Of a stretch of 41,871 nucleotides of DNA, positions 10,900 to 19,356 are shown in pieces. Positions within the stretch are counted from its first letter, which is position 1; the number at the start of each line of letters is the position of its first letter. The notes below the pieces were generated by a model. The model made no database searches. It was not told the origin of the DNA and saw nothing but the letters and a program-made list of their open reading frames with translations. Position numbers and translations under genes: made by a program. Source of the DNA: Burkholderiaceae bacterium (GTDB lineage: Bacteria > Pseudomonadota > Gammaproteobacteria > Burkholderiales > Burkholderiaceae_E); assembly GCA_044359405.1 (NCBI GenBank), contig JBIKMC010000001.1:1-41871 (forward strand), written 5' to 3'.

Positions 10900-10958
10900 G
10901 CAATAAAAATCTTCCGCGTGTCCTGCACGCGGCGTTCAACCCCCTGGAGACGAACATC

Positions 10959-11807
10959 ATGAAACGACTCACTTTAAAACTGGCGCTGATGCTGTCGATC
11001 GGTGCGGCCGGCGGGCTCGCTGTCGCGCAGGATAAGCCGCTCATCGCGGGCGTCGACGGCACCTTTGCGCCACACGCCATGCCCAAGCTGGGCGGCGGCG
11101 TTGAGGGCTTTAACATCGACCTTATCGAAGAGATCGGCAAACAGCTGGGACGCAAGATTGAAATTCATGCGGCGCAGTTTTCAGGACTGATTCCAGCCAT
11201 GAACGCTGGCTCCATCAGTTTCGTGGGCGCGCCCACCACCGTGACCCCCGAGCGCGCCCAGACGCTGCTGTTTACCGAGGGCTATCTCAATACCTATTAC
11301 CAGTTTCTGGTACCAGCCGGTAAGCCCGATCTGAAGAGCCTCGATGATCTCAAGGGCAAGACCATCTCGGCCAATAAAGGCTCTGCGTACGACAAGTGGC
11401 TTCTCGACAATTCGGGCAAGTACGGCTTCAAGGTCGAGTCCTATCCGACCAACAGCGATGCGGTGCAGGCGGTGATGTCGGGTCGTGCCGATGCCACGCT
11501 GGGCGGCAATACCGTGTCGGCCTATGCTGCGCTCAAAAACCCCGGCAAGCTGCTGGTGACCTCGCTCAAGATCGATGAGGGTCTGGTCTGGGCGGCCGTG
11601 TTTCGCAAGGACGATGCGGCGACGCGTAACCGCGTCGACGAGGCGATCGAGTGCCTCAAGAAAAATGGCACCATCGCTCGCTTGCATGAGAAGTGGTTTG
11701 GTACCAAAGCTCAGCCTGGCCAGGCAGCTGTGACCATTTACGCGGGTTACGGCGTGCCGGGCATGCCGGGCTACGAAAACACCCCGCACGAGCCCAAGTG
11801 CAAGTAA
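10959..11807 (+). CDS. ABC transporter periplasmic substrate-binding protein (family 3, polar amino acid type)
   Basis: Signal peptide MKRLTLKLALMLSIGAAGGLAVAQ and SBP_bac_3-like core (GFNIDLIEEIGKQLG, GRADATLG). Unusual ~35-aa C-terminal extension. Confidence 0.85.
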   Translation: MKRLTLKLALMLSIGAAGGLAVAQDKPLIAGVDGTFAPHAMPKLGGGVEGFNIDLIEEIGKQLGRKIEIHAAQFSGLIPAMNAGSISFVGAPTTVTPERAQTLLFTEGYLNTYYQFLVPAGKPDLKSLDDLKGKTISANKGSAYDKWLLDNSGKYGFKVESYPTNSDAVQAVMSGRADATLGGNTVSAYAALKNPGKLLVTSLKIDEGLVWAAVFRKDDAATRNRVDEAIECLKKNGTIARLHEKWFGTKAQPGQAAVTIYAGYGVPGMPGYENTPHEPKCK

Positions 11808-11833
11808 GCACTGCGCAACCGGCACCTGCGGGG

Positions 11834-12583
11834 GTGCCCGGTGCCGGTGCGCCGCTGCTCGACCTCAGGGCGCTGCGCAAGTCTTTTGGCACCGTTGAGG
11901 TGCTCAAAGGGGTTGACCTGTCGGTTGCGCCGCGCGAGCTGGTGTTCATCATCGGCCCTTCGGGCTCGGGTAAATCAACCCTGCTGCGCTGCTGCAATCG
12001 GCTGGAAGAGCCCAGCTCGGGCGAGATCTGGTTTGAAGGGGTCAACCTGCTGGCACCGAGTACAGATCTGAACGCCATGCGCCGGCGCATCGGCATGGTG
12101 TTTCAGTCGTTCAATCTGTATCCGCACCTGAGCGCGCGCGACAACGTGGCGTTGGCGCTTATCCATGTGCTGCGTCAATCACGCGATGAGGCCCACGCTC
12201 GTGCGATCGAGGCTCTGCGCAAGGTGGGATTGGGCGATCGAGGTTCGGCTATGCCGGGCGAGCTGTCGGGCGGCCAGCAGCAGCGGGTGGCCATTGCACG
12301 CGCTCTGGCGCTTGAGCCTGCCATCGTGCTGTTCGATGAGCCGACCTCAGCGCTCGATCCTGAGTTGGTGGGCTCGGTGCTGGCCGTTCTGCGCGAGTTG
12401 CGCACAGCCGGCATGACCATGATGGTGGTCAGCCATGAGATGAATTTCGCGCGAAGCGCGGCAGACCGCGTGGTGTTCATGGAAGGCGGACGCATCATTG
12501 AGCAGGGACCGCCCGCGCATATTTTTGGTCCTGACGCACCTGCCCGCATTCGCGATTTCGTGGCCAGCGTCGAACATCACTAA
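11834..12583 (+). CDS. ABC transporter ATP-binding protein (polar amino acid type)
   Basis: Walker A GPSGSGKST, signature LSGGQQQRVAIARAL and Walker B VLFDEPTSALD. In-frame GTG 11834 chosen because the ORF-track start 11693 lies inside the upstream gene. Confidence 0.9.
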   Translation: MPGAGAPLLDLRALRKSFGTVEVLKGVDLSVAPRELVFIIGPSGSGKSTLLRCCNRLEEPSSGEIWFEGVNLLAPSTDLNAMRRRIGMVFQSFNLYPHLSARDNVALALIHVLRQSRDEAHARAIEALRKVGLGDRGSAMPGELSGGQQQRVAIARALALEPAIVLFDEPTSALDPELVGSVLAVLRELRTAGMTMMVVSHEMNFARSAADRVVFMEGGRIIEQGPPAHIFGPDAPARIRDFVASVEHH

Positions 12584-12620
12584 GCCTTCATGTCTTGTCG
12601 CGAATTACCAGGCATCTGAC

Positions 12621-13292
12621 ATGAACGGGCTGATTGAAACCTTCTTCAATCTGCAGGTCATGCAGCAGTACCTGCCCAAGATTATTGAGGGCATGGGCCT
12701 GACTCTGGTGTTGGCGATTGCCGTGGTGGTCACGGGTCTGGTCGCCGGGTTTGTTCTGGCGGTGATCCGCTCGCTTCAGATTCGGCCGTTGAATTGGCTC
12801 ATCGTGCTGTTCGCCGACGTGTTCAGGGCGGTGCCGCCGCTGGTCATTCTGATCATTATCTATTTCGCTTTCCCAACGATTGGTATTCGCTTTTCCGGCT
12901 TTGCATCGGCCTGGTTGGGATTGTCCCTGGTGCTGGCCGCTTTTGCCGAAGAGGTGGTCTGGGCGGGCATTCTGTCGGTGCCGCGCGGGCAATGGGAGGC
13001 GGCGCGGGCAACCGGGCTTGATTTTTGGCAGTCCATGCGTTTGGTCGTGCTGCCGCAGGCTGCTCGTCTGACCATCGCACCGCTCACCAGTCGCGCCATT
13101 GTCATTACCAAGAACACCGCGCTGGCGTCGGTGGTGGCGGTGGGCGAAATCCTTTACCAAGCCCAGGCCGCATACTCGTTTTCCTATAACCCGTCCCCGC
13201 TTACCCTGGGTGCGATTGCGTATCTCATTCTGTTCATTCCCCTGGTCTGGTTTGGCCGCTGGGTTGAGACGAGGTTTGCATGGAAGCGGTAA
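12621..13292 (+). CDS. ABC transporter permease (His/Glu/Gln/Arg/opine family)
   Basis: Multi-pass hydrophobic protein with EAA-type loop EAARATGLDFWQSMRLVVLPQA. ATG 12621 (MNGLIETFF). Confidence 0.85.
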   Translation: MNGLIETFFNLQVMQQYLPKIIEGMGLTLVLAIAVVVTGLVAGFVLAVIRSLQIRPLNWLIVLFADVFRAVPPLVILIIIYFAFPTIGIRFSGFASAWLGLSLVLAAFAEEVVWAGILSVPRGQWEAARATGLDFWQSMRLVVLPQAARLTIAPLTSRAIVITKNTALASVVAVGEILYQAQAAYSFSYNPSPLTLGAIAYLILFIPLVWFGRWVETRFAWKR

Positions 13293-13951
13293 TCGAAGGC
13301 TTCTTCAACCTCAGCATCCTGCGGCAGTCACTGCCTTATCTCTGGCAGGGCCTGATCATGACGCTGCTGTTGTGTGTCGTAGCGATTCCGCTGGGTATTC
13401 TGGGTGGTCTGGCGCTGGCTCTGGTATCCACGGTGAAGAACCGACCCGTTCGCTGGCTGGCCATGATTTACACCGATTTTTTTCGCGCCTTTCCGCCCCT
13501 GGTGCTGCTCCTGTTCGTTGCCTACGGCCTGCCCTTCCTGGGTTTCAAACCGCCTCCCTTTGTAGCTGTGGCAATTGCCTTTCTGCTCAATACGTCCAGC
13601 TATTACGGTGAAATCCTTCGTGCAGGCATCGAGTCGGTGGCGCAGGGCCAGCATGAAGCGGCGCGTTCAACGGGGCTGACCCGCTGGCAGAGTTTGCGCC
13701 TGGTGGTGGTGCCGCAGGCGGTGCGCAATGTGGTCCCTGACCTCATCAGCAATACGCTTGAAGTGGTCAAGCTCACATCAATTGCCAGCGTGGTTGCGCT
13801 CCCGGAATTACTCTATGCAGCGCGCCAGGTGCAGTCGGTCACCTACAACGCCTCACCAGTGATCGCAGCGGGTCTGTTGTATCTGCTTCTGCTGTGGCCA
13901 CTGGTACGGGTTTTGTCGCGTTATGAGCGCAAGGCCGTCATGATCCGATAG
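13280..13951 (+). CDS. ABC transporter permease, second subunit
   Basis: Paralog of the preceding permease with EAA loop EAARSTGLTRWQSLRLVVVPQA. 13-nt overlap with the upstream gene. Confidence 0.85.
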   Translation: MEAVIEGFFNLSILRQSLPYLWQGLIMTLLLCVVAIPLGILGGLALALVSTVKNRPVRWLAMIYTDFFRAFPPLVLLLFVAYGLPFLGFKPPPFVAVAIAFLLNTSSYYGEILRAGIESVAQGQHEAARSTGLTRWQSLRLVVVPQAVRNVVPDLISNTLEVVKLTSIASVVALPELLYAARQVQSVTYNASPVIAAGLLYLLLLWPLVRVLSRYERKAVMIR

Positions 13952-13978
13952 ACGGCGGGCTTTCAAAGGAAGCAGACC

Positions 13979-14644
13979 ATGTCACAGCGAATTCTGGTGA
14001 TCAATCCCAACAGCACCCAGGCGGTGACCGACGGCATCAACCGGGCCCTTGAGCCGCTTCGTATTCCGGGCGGACCGCAGTTTGAGTGCGTTACCCTGGC
14101 AGAAGGCCCTCCCGGCATCCAGACGCAGCGCGACGTCGATGGCGTGATCGCGCCGCTCAGCCGATTGATCGCAGCTCGCGACGCTGACTGTGATGCCTTT
14201 GTGATCGCCTGCTACAGCGACCCGGGTCTGTACAGTGCCCGCGAGGTCACGCGCAAACCGGTGCTCGGCATATCCGAGTGTGGCGTACTGACCGCGCTCA
14301 CACTGGGTCATCGCTTTGGGGTCATCGCTATTCTGGCCGGGTCTATTCCACGTCATCTGCGCTATCTGGGTGCCATGGGTGTCAGTAGCCGTCTGGCGGC
14401 TGAACTACCCGTAGGTCTTCAGGTCACCGAGTTGGCTGACGCGTCGCGAACACGCGACCGATTGATTGCCACCGGTAAGCGGCTGGTCGAAGAGCACGGC
14501 GCGCATGTGGTCGTGATGGGTTGTGCCGGCATGGCGCAGTATCGCGCCCCGCTTGAGCAGGCCATTGGCGTGCCGGTTGTTGAACCCACGCAGGCTGCCT
14601 GCGGTATGGCGCTGGCGCGAGTGCGGCTGGCTGCCGCGACATAA
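13979..14644 (+). CDS. hydantoin racemase (Asp/Glu/hydantoin racemase family)
   Basis: Two catalytic-Cys contexts, IACYSDPGL and VVMGCAGM. N-terminus ILVINPNS. AAGGAAG lies 7 nt upstream of the ATG. Confidence 0.85.
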   Translation: MSQRILVINPNSTQAVTDGINRALEPLRIPGGPQFECVTLAEGPPGIQTQRDVDGVIAPLSRLIAARDADCDAFVIACYSDPGLYSAREVTRKPVLGISECGVLTALTLGHRFGVIAILAGSIPRHLRYLGAMGVSSRLAAELPVGLQVTELADASRTRDRLIATGKRLVEEHGAHVVVMGCAGMAQYRAPLEQAIGVPVVEPTQAACGMALARVRLAAAT

Positions 14645-14731
14645 CAGCGCATCAGGCGGGTTCAGCCCGATGCAGGTAGGCGCAGCAGGCTATAACAGGC
14701 TGCAACAGGGCGAGCGAGCGCGCTCTGTCTT

Positions 14732-15781
14732 CTAAGCACCCAGCTCTTGACGCACGATGGCAGCGCCCTGCACCAGAGCCGCCAGCTTGCGTTGAGCCAG
14801 CGGACGCGAGGTTGCGGAGAATCCGCAGTCGCAGGTGAGCCACAAACGTTGGGCAGGTACGTAACGAAGCACCTCACGGATGCGCTCCGCGACATCCTGC
14901 TCGGTTTCAACGTACATCGATTTCACATCGATCACGCCAGCGGCGAGCTCGCGCTCAGTGGCCAGCTCTCGCCATAAACCGATCTCGGCCATTTCGCGGT
15001 TGGCGAATTCGAGCGCGAACTGATCGGCACGTGCATCCAGCATGGCCGGAAATAGCGGCCGATAGCTGCGCTTCATGCCAGGCCTGCCCTGGTTGTTGCC
15101 AAAGCACAGATGGAGCGCGATCTTTGCGTTGACTCCCGCAACGGTGCGGTTGAAGAGCCTGACTGCATCGGCAACCGGCACTTCGCGGCTGCCACCGGCC
15201 GCCGAGGGTTCATCAATCTGTATGAAGTCGGCGCCCGCAGCGACGAGCGCGCGCAACTCGGCGTTGACGAGGTCGGCAAGGTCTTCAAGCAAGCCCATGT
15301 CATCACCGGCCGGGTAACCGGAACCCACCTTTATTGGCAGCGCCAAGGTAAGCGGCCCCGGGCAGCAGATCTTGGCCGGTTTGTCAGTAAGCGAGCGCAG
15401 AAACTGCCATTCGGCCACCAGACCCAGACCCTGCGGTGCGCTGACACGCTCAAGGGTTTCAAAGTGCGGCGCGCTGTCATAGCTGACGACACCCAGTTTG
15501 CGCAGGGCCGGAACGACTCTTAGACCAGCGAGCCGCTCGACGATATTCCAGAGAAAGCGCTGGCGCGCCATTTCACCGTCAGTGAGGATGTCCAGCCCCG
15601 CCTGCTGCTGATCGGCAATCGCGATACGCACGGCGTCCTCCAGGGACTCCTGCAGATCAGCCGGACCAGCCTCTCCGGCCTTGTAGGCGCGACGCGCACT
15701 GATCAGCCAGGACGGTGAGGCGTGTGACCCCACGCCCTGGGTGGGCAGCAGTGGCAGCGCGTGCTTGCCGAGTTTGAGCAT
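14732..15781 (-). CDS. stand-alone cobalamin-independent methionine synthase (MetE C-terminal domain)-like Zn methyltransferase
   Basis: 350 aa. MetE-type Zn ligand contexts ALHLCFGN (His-x-Cys) and LTCDCGFS (Cys), plus ILTDGE and IQIDEP motifs. ATG at 15781 lies 13 nt after the upstream stop. Confidence 0.78.
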   Translation of the reverse strand: MLKLGKHALPLLPTQGVGSHASPSWLISARRAYKAGEAGPADLQESLEDAVRIAIADQQQAGLDILTDGEMARQRFLWNIVERLAGLRVVPALRKLGVVSYDSAPHFETLERVSAPQGLGLVAEWQFLRSLTDKPAKICCPGPLTLALPIKVGSGYPAGDDMGLLEDLADLVNAELRALVAAGADFIQIDEPSAAGGSREVPVADAVRLFNRTVAGVNAKIALHLCFGNNQGRPGMKRSYRPLFPAMLDARADQFALEFANREMAEIGLWRELATERELAAGVIDVKSMYVETEQDVAERIREVLRYVPAQRLWLTCDCGFSATSRPLAQRKLAALVQGAAIVRQELGA

Positions 15782-15794
15782 GAGAGGACTCCGA

Positions 15795-17432
15795 TTATTC
15801 GATGGCCGAGGATGAGCGCGCGATTTCGCGCAGCGCGAATTTTTGAATCTTGCCAGTGGATGTTTTGGGCACCGTGCCAAACACCACTTTTTTAGGAACC
15901 TTGAAGTGTGCCAGCTGCGCTCGGCAGTGCTCAATCAGTTCATGTTCAGTGACCTGGGCGCCTGTCTTGACTTCAACAAAGGCGCAGGGTGCTTCACCCC
16001 ATTTCGGGTGCGGCATGGCGACGACGCCACATGCAAGAACAGCAGGATGGCGATAAAGAGCATCTTCGACTTCCAGCGACGAGATGTTCTCGCCGCCTGA
16101 GATGATGATGTCCTTGCTACGGTCGCGAATCTTCAGATAGCCATCCGGGTACATCACCGCCAGGTCGCCCGTGTGAAACCAGCCGCCTGCGAAGGCTTCC
16201 TGAGTGGCCCGCGGATTTTTCAGATAACCCTTCATGGTGATATTGCCGCGGAACATGACCTCACCCAGAGTCTGGCCGTCGGCTGGCACAGCCTGCATGG
16301 TCTGCGGGTCAAGCACGGCGACGGCCTCCTGCACCGGATAACGCACGCCCTGCCGGCCGTTCAGCACAGCCTGCTGGTCTATGGGCAATGAGTCCCAATC
16401 GGATTGCCAGGCGCATACCGCAGCAGGCCCATAGGTTTCAGTGAGTCCATAAACGTGGGTGATGTCGAAGCCCATGCGCTGCATACCCTCAAGCACCGCA
16501 GCCGGAGGCGCCGCGCCCGCCACCATAACCGAGACCTTGTGCGTGATGCCTGCTCGGGCCTCAGGCGGTGCATTGATGAGCATCTGCTGCACGATAGGGG
16601 CGCCGCAGTAGTGCGTGACCTGGTAGTCGCGGATGGCGTTGAGTATGGGTACTGCGTCGACGCGCCTGAGACACACATTGGTACCGGCGTTGGCCGCCAT
16701 GGTCCAGGGAAAGCACCAGCCATTGCCGTGAAACATGGGTAGCGTCCAGAGATAAACCGAGTGCTGAGGCATGCTCCAGGTAAGGATGTTGCCAACGGCG
16801 TTCAGGTAAGCGCCGCGATGGTGACAGACCACACCCTTGGGATCACCAGTGGTGCCTGAGGTGTAGTTCAGGCTGATGGCCTGCCATTCATCGGCCGGCC
16901 AGGGCCAGGTCCAGTCAGGATCGCCCTTGGCGAGCAGCGCTTCGTAGTCGAGCGAGCCGAGTGCCTGTCCGCCCTCGTACAGGGGGTCGTCCACATCGAC
17001 CACCAGGGGTTTGTGCTCGAGCATGTCGAGCGCGCGGGCCATAGTCTGTGAGTATTCGCGGTCAGTGATCAGGACCCGGGCACCACTGTGCCTGAGCATG
17101 AAGGCAATCGACTCTGCATCGAGTCGCGTATTAAGGGTATTGAGTACTGCCCCGCACATGGGCACGCCGAAGTGCACCTCGCACATGGCTGGTATGTTGG
17201 GCAGCATGACCGATACCGCGTCGCCCGGGCCCAGGCCCATGCCAGCCAGTGCGCTGGCCAGACGGCGACAGCGTGCGTAGGTCTCGCGCCAGGTTTGCCT
17301 GAAAGCGCCGTGAATGATCGCGATCCGATCTGGATAGACTGAGGCTGCTCGCTCGATGAACGACAGCGGTGTCAGCGGCACGAAATTGGCCGGATTGCGG
17401 TCCAGATCGGTCTCAAAAGGGTTTGCGGTCAT
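15795..17432 (-). CDS. AMP-forming acyl-CoA synthetase (medium-chain / AAE-like)
   Basis: AMP-binding signature YTSGTTGDPKGV, GWFHTGD, RSKDIIISGGENI and terminal PKTSTGKIQK. Start taken at the internal ATG (MTANPFE). Confidence 0.9.
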   Translation of the reverse strand: MTANPFETDLDRNPANFVPLTPLSFIERAASVYPDRIAIIHGAFRQTWRETYARCRRLASALAGMGLGPGDAVSVMLPNIPAMCEVHFGVPMCGAVLNTLNTRLDAESIAFMLRHSGARVLITDREYSQTMARALDMLEHKPLVVDVDDPLYEGGQALGSLDYEALLAKGDPDWTWPWPADEWQAISLNYTSGTTGDPKGVVCHHRGAYLNAVGNILTWSMPQHSVYLWTLPMFHGNGWCFPWTMAANAGTNVCLRRVDAVPILNAIRDYQVTHYCGAPIVQQMLINAPPEARAGITHKVSVMVAGAAPPAAVLEGMQRMGFDITHVYGLTETYGPAAVCAWQSDWDSLPIDQQAVLNGRQGVRYPVQEAVAVLDPQTMQAVPADGQTLGEVMFRGNITMKGYLKNPRATQEAFAGGWFHTGDLAVMYPDGYLKIRDRSKDIIISGGENISSLEVEDALYRHPAVLACGVVAMPHPKWGEAPCAFVEVKTGAQVTEHELIEHCRAQLAHFKVPKKVVFGTVPKTSTGKIQKFALREIARSSSAIE

Positions 17433-17461
17433 GGTGTGTGCTCCCCGGCCCAACTCTGACT

Positions 17462-18193
17462 TCAGTTGGGGCCGCTCAAGGTGGCTCGAGTAAAGCTCTC
17501 TACATAATCGAGTACGGCATCAGCCGCCTGTTCGGCGCGGTCGGCGTCTGCGGCCGCTATGGCTTTGAGTACGGCCGCATGGTGGTTACAGGCGCGCACC
17601 AGATCGTGCGCGTGCCGATGGTGATGAAAGTAAAAGCGTCGCGACAGCGCCAGAAACGGCGACAGCGCGGCGGCAAGAAAGCGGTTACCCGTCGCCTCGA
17701 GAATGATCGCCACGGCCTGTGGGTGCAGCCGCATGAAGGCGACCACATCACCGCTGCGCCCGCAGGTCCTGAGCTGGGAGGCGAGATCAATAAAGGAGCG
17801 TGCCTGCTCGGCCGACCGGCGACGCGCGGCCTGTCGTGCTGCCAGACGTTCAAGTTCGCGCCGGGTTTCAAGCATGTACAGCTGCTGAACCGGGTCGATC
17901 TCGGTGATCTGTACGCCATGCCTTTGCAGTATGCGCACCAGGTGCTCAGCCTCTAGACGCTTGAGGGCTTCGCGCACCGGGGTCCGTCCAAGACCCGTCA
18001 GACTGGCCAGCTCACCTTCACTCCAGAGGCTGCCTGGCTCTACCTGCAGCGTGACGATCATTTCTTCGAGCTGCGCGCGCGCCTGCTCGGACAAAGAGGG
18101 CGGACGTGATGCCCGCCGGGTACGCGGCAGCTCACGCTTGAGGTTGACGGCAGGCGCGGCTGGGTGAGCTGCTGAGGGGGCGCGGGCGTTCAT
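17462..18193 (-). CDS. GntR-family transcriptional regulator, FadR/FCD subfamily
   Basis: Winged-HTH segment ELASLTGLGRTPVREALKRLEAEHLV followed by an all-helical His-rich FCD-like C-terminal domain (FYFHHHRHAHD). Confidence 0.88.
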   Translation of the reverse strand: MNARAPSAAHPAAPAVNLKRELPRTRRASRPPSLSEQARAQLEEMIVTLQVEPGSLWSEGELASLTGLGRTPVREALKRLEAEHLVRILQRHGVQITEIDPVQQLYMLETRRELERLAARQAARRRSAEQARSFIDLASQLRTCGRSGDVVAFMRLHPQAVAIILEATGNRFLAAALSPFLALSRRFYFHHHRHAHDLVRACNHHAAVLKAIAAADADRAEQAADAVLDYVESFTRATLSGPN

Positions 18194-18259
18194 GTTCCGA
18201 AAATCATCGGGCTCGCTTGATTCGGTGATATGCCAGTAGCATCGTCCTACAGGGCAGGC

Positions 18260-18288
18260 TTGACGCTAAAAAATGCCGCTTGTACGAT
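18260..18288 (+). promoter_or_regulatory. candidate sigma70 promoter of the TRAP operon
   Basis: TTGACG (18260-18265), a 17-nt spacer, then TACGAT (18283-18288). It lies 40 nt upstream of ATG 18328, which has a GGAGGAG Shine-Dalgarno. Confidence 0.5.
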
Positions 18289-18303
18289 CTGCTGATATCT
18301 TAC
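18282..18303. promoter_or_regulatory. imperfect inverted repeat, candidate GntR operator
   Basis: GTACGAT-N8-ATCTTAC; half sites match 6/7 as reverse complements. It overlaps the -10 hexamer in the gntR/TRAP divergent region. Confidence 0.3.
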
Positions 18304-18327
18304 TAAAACATCGACTGGAGGAGCACC

Positions 18328-19356
18328 ATGGGCAATTTGTCTCGTCGTACGTTCATCGCATCCACGGCGGCGGGCGCAAGCCTCGCGGCGCCGGCCATCG
18401 TCAAGGCGCAGACCAAAATTCGCTGGCGTTGCCAGTCGATGTGGAGCGCCGCTGAAACAACTTACAAAGCCTTCGAGTCTTTGTGTAAGCGCATCGGTGA
18501 CGCAACCGCAGGCCGTATTGAGGTGCAGCCCTTTCCCGCCGGGTCGGTGGTGGGTGTGTTCGAGACGCTTGATGCGGTCGGGGCTGGGGTGCTTGACGCA
18601 CACTCCTCGGGCCCGGTTTACTGGACAGGCAAGGATGCAGGATTCGCCATGATCGGCGACCTCAACTTCGCTTATACGCACCCCTGGCAGGCCGAGGCCT
18701 GGTTTTATCACAAGGGTGGTCTTGACATGCTGCGCGAGGCCTACGCGCGCTACAACGTCTACCCGGTGGGTGTGTCCTGGTGGGGCGCTGAGGCCATGGT
18801 GTCCAAGAAGCCTTTGCCGGGTCCGGACGCTTTCAAGGGCATGAAGGTGCGCACGCCTCAGGGCATGTTTGCCGAGATCATCACCAAATTTGGTGCCTCG
18901 GTGGTGGTGGTGCCAGGCGGTGAGGTGTACTCCGCGCTCGACAAGGGTGTGGTTGATGCCGCTGACTGGGGCACTGAGTCCATGAACCATCGGATGGGCT
19001 TTTTTGAAATCGCCAAGACCTCGGTGCGTACCGGCCACTCAATGCCGGTGCAGGAATTCGCCGTGAACCTGGCCAAGTGGAATGCGCTGCCGGCCGATCT
19101 CAAGCAAATCGTCTCCAGCTGCGTGCGCGAATGGACCTGGGATCAGGTTCAGCGTATTACGGTCGAGGACACCGAGGCGGTTGCCAATATCCGTGGCAAG
19201 AATGGCACCGTATCGTCCTGGAGCGATGCTGAACTGGCCAAGATTCGCACCGTGGCTATCAAGACCTGGGAGGAATGGTCCAAGAAGACCCCGTTTGCCA
19301 AGAAAGCCTATGACTCGCAGGTTGCCTGGCTCAAGGCTATCGGCGTACAGGTATGA
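18328..19356 (+). CDS. TRAP transporter solute-binding protein (DctP-type) with twin-arginine signal
   Basis: N-terminus MGNLSRRTFIASTAAGASLAAPAIVKA (Tat-like SRRxFI) and a DctP-family body. Followed by DctQ/DctM-type genes with ATGA overlaps. Confidence 0.88.
   Translation: MGNLSRRTFIASTAAGASLAAPAIVKAQTKIRWRCQSMWSAAETTYKAFESLCKRIGDATAGRIEVQPFPAGSVVGVFETLDAVGAGVLDAHSSGPVYWTGKDAGFAMIGDLNFAYTHPWQAEAWFYHKGGLDMLREAYARYNVYPVGVSWWGAEAMVSKKPLPGPDAFKGMKVRTPQGMFAEIITKFGASVVVVPGGEVYSALDKGVVDAADWGTESMNHRMGFFEIAKTSVRTGHSMPVQEFAVNLAKWNALPADLKQIVSSCVREWTWDQVQRITVEDTEAVANIRGKNGTVSSWSDAELAKIRTVAIKTWEEWSKKTPFAKKAYDSQVAWLKAIGVQV

Noticed and set aside
18247-19038. 263-aa minus-strand ORF covering the TRAP SBP gene and its promoter region
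   Set aside because: It is a shadow ORF of the dctP-type gene. It would also place a coding region across the divergent promoter.
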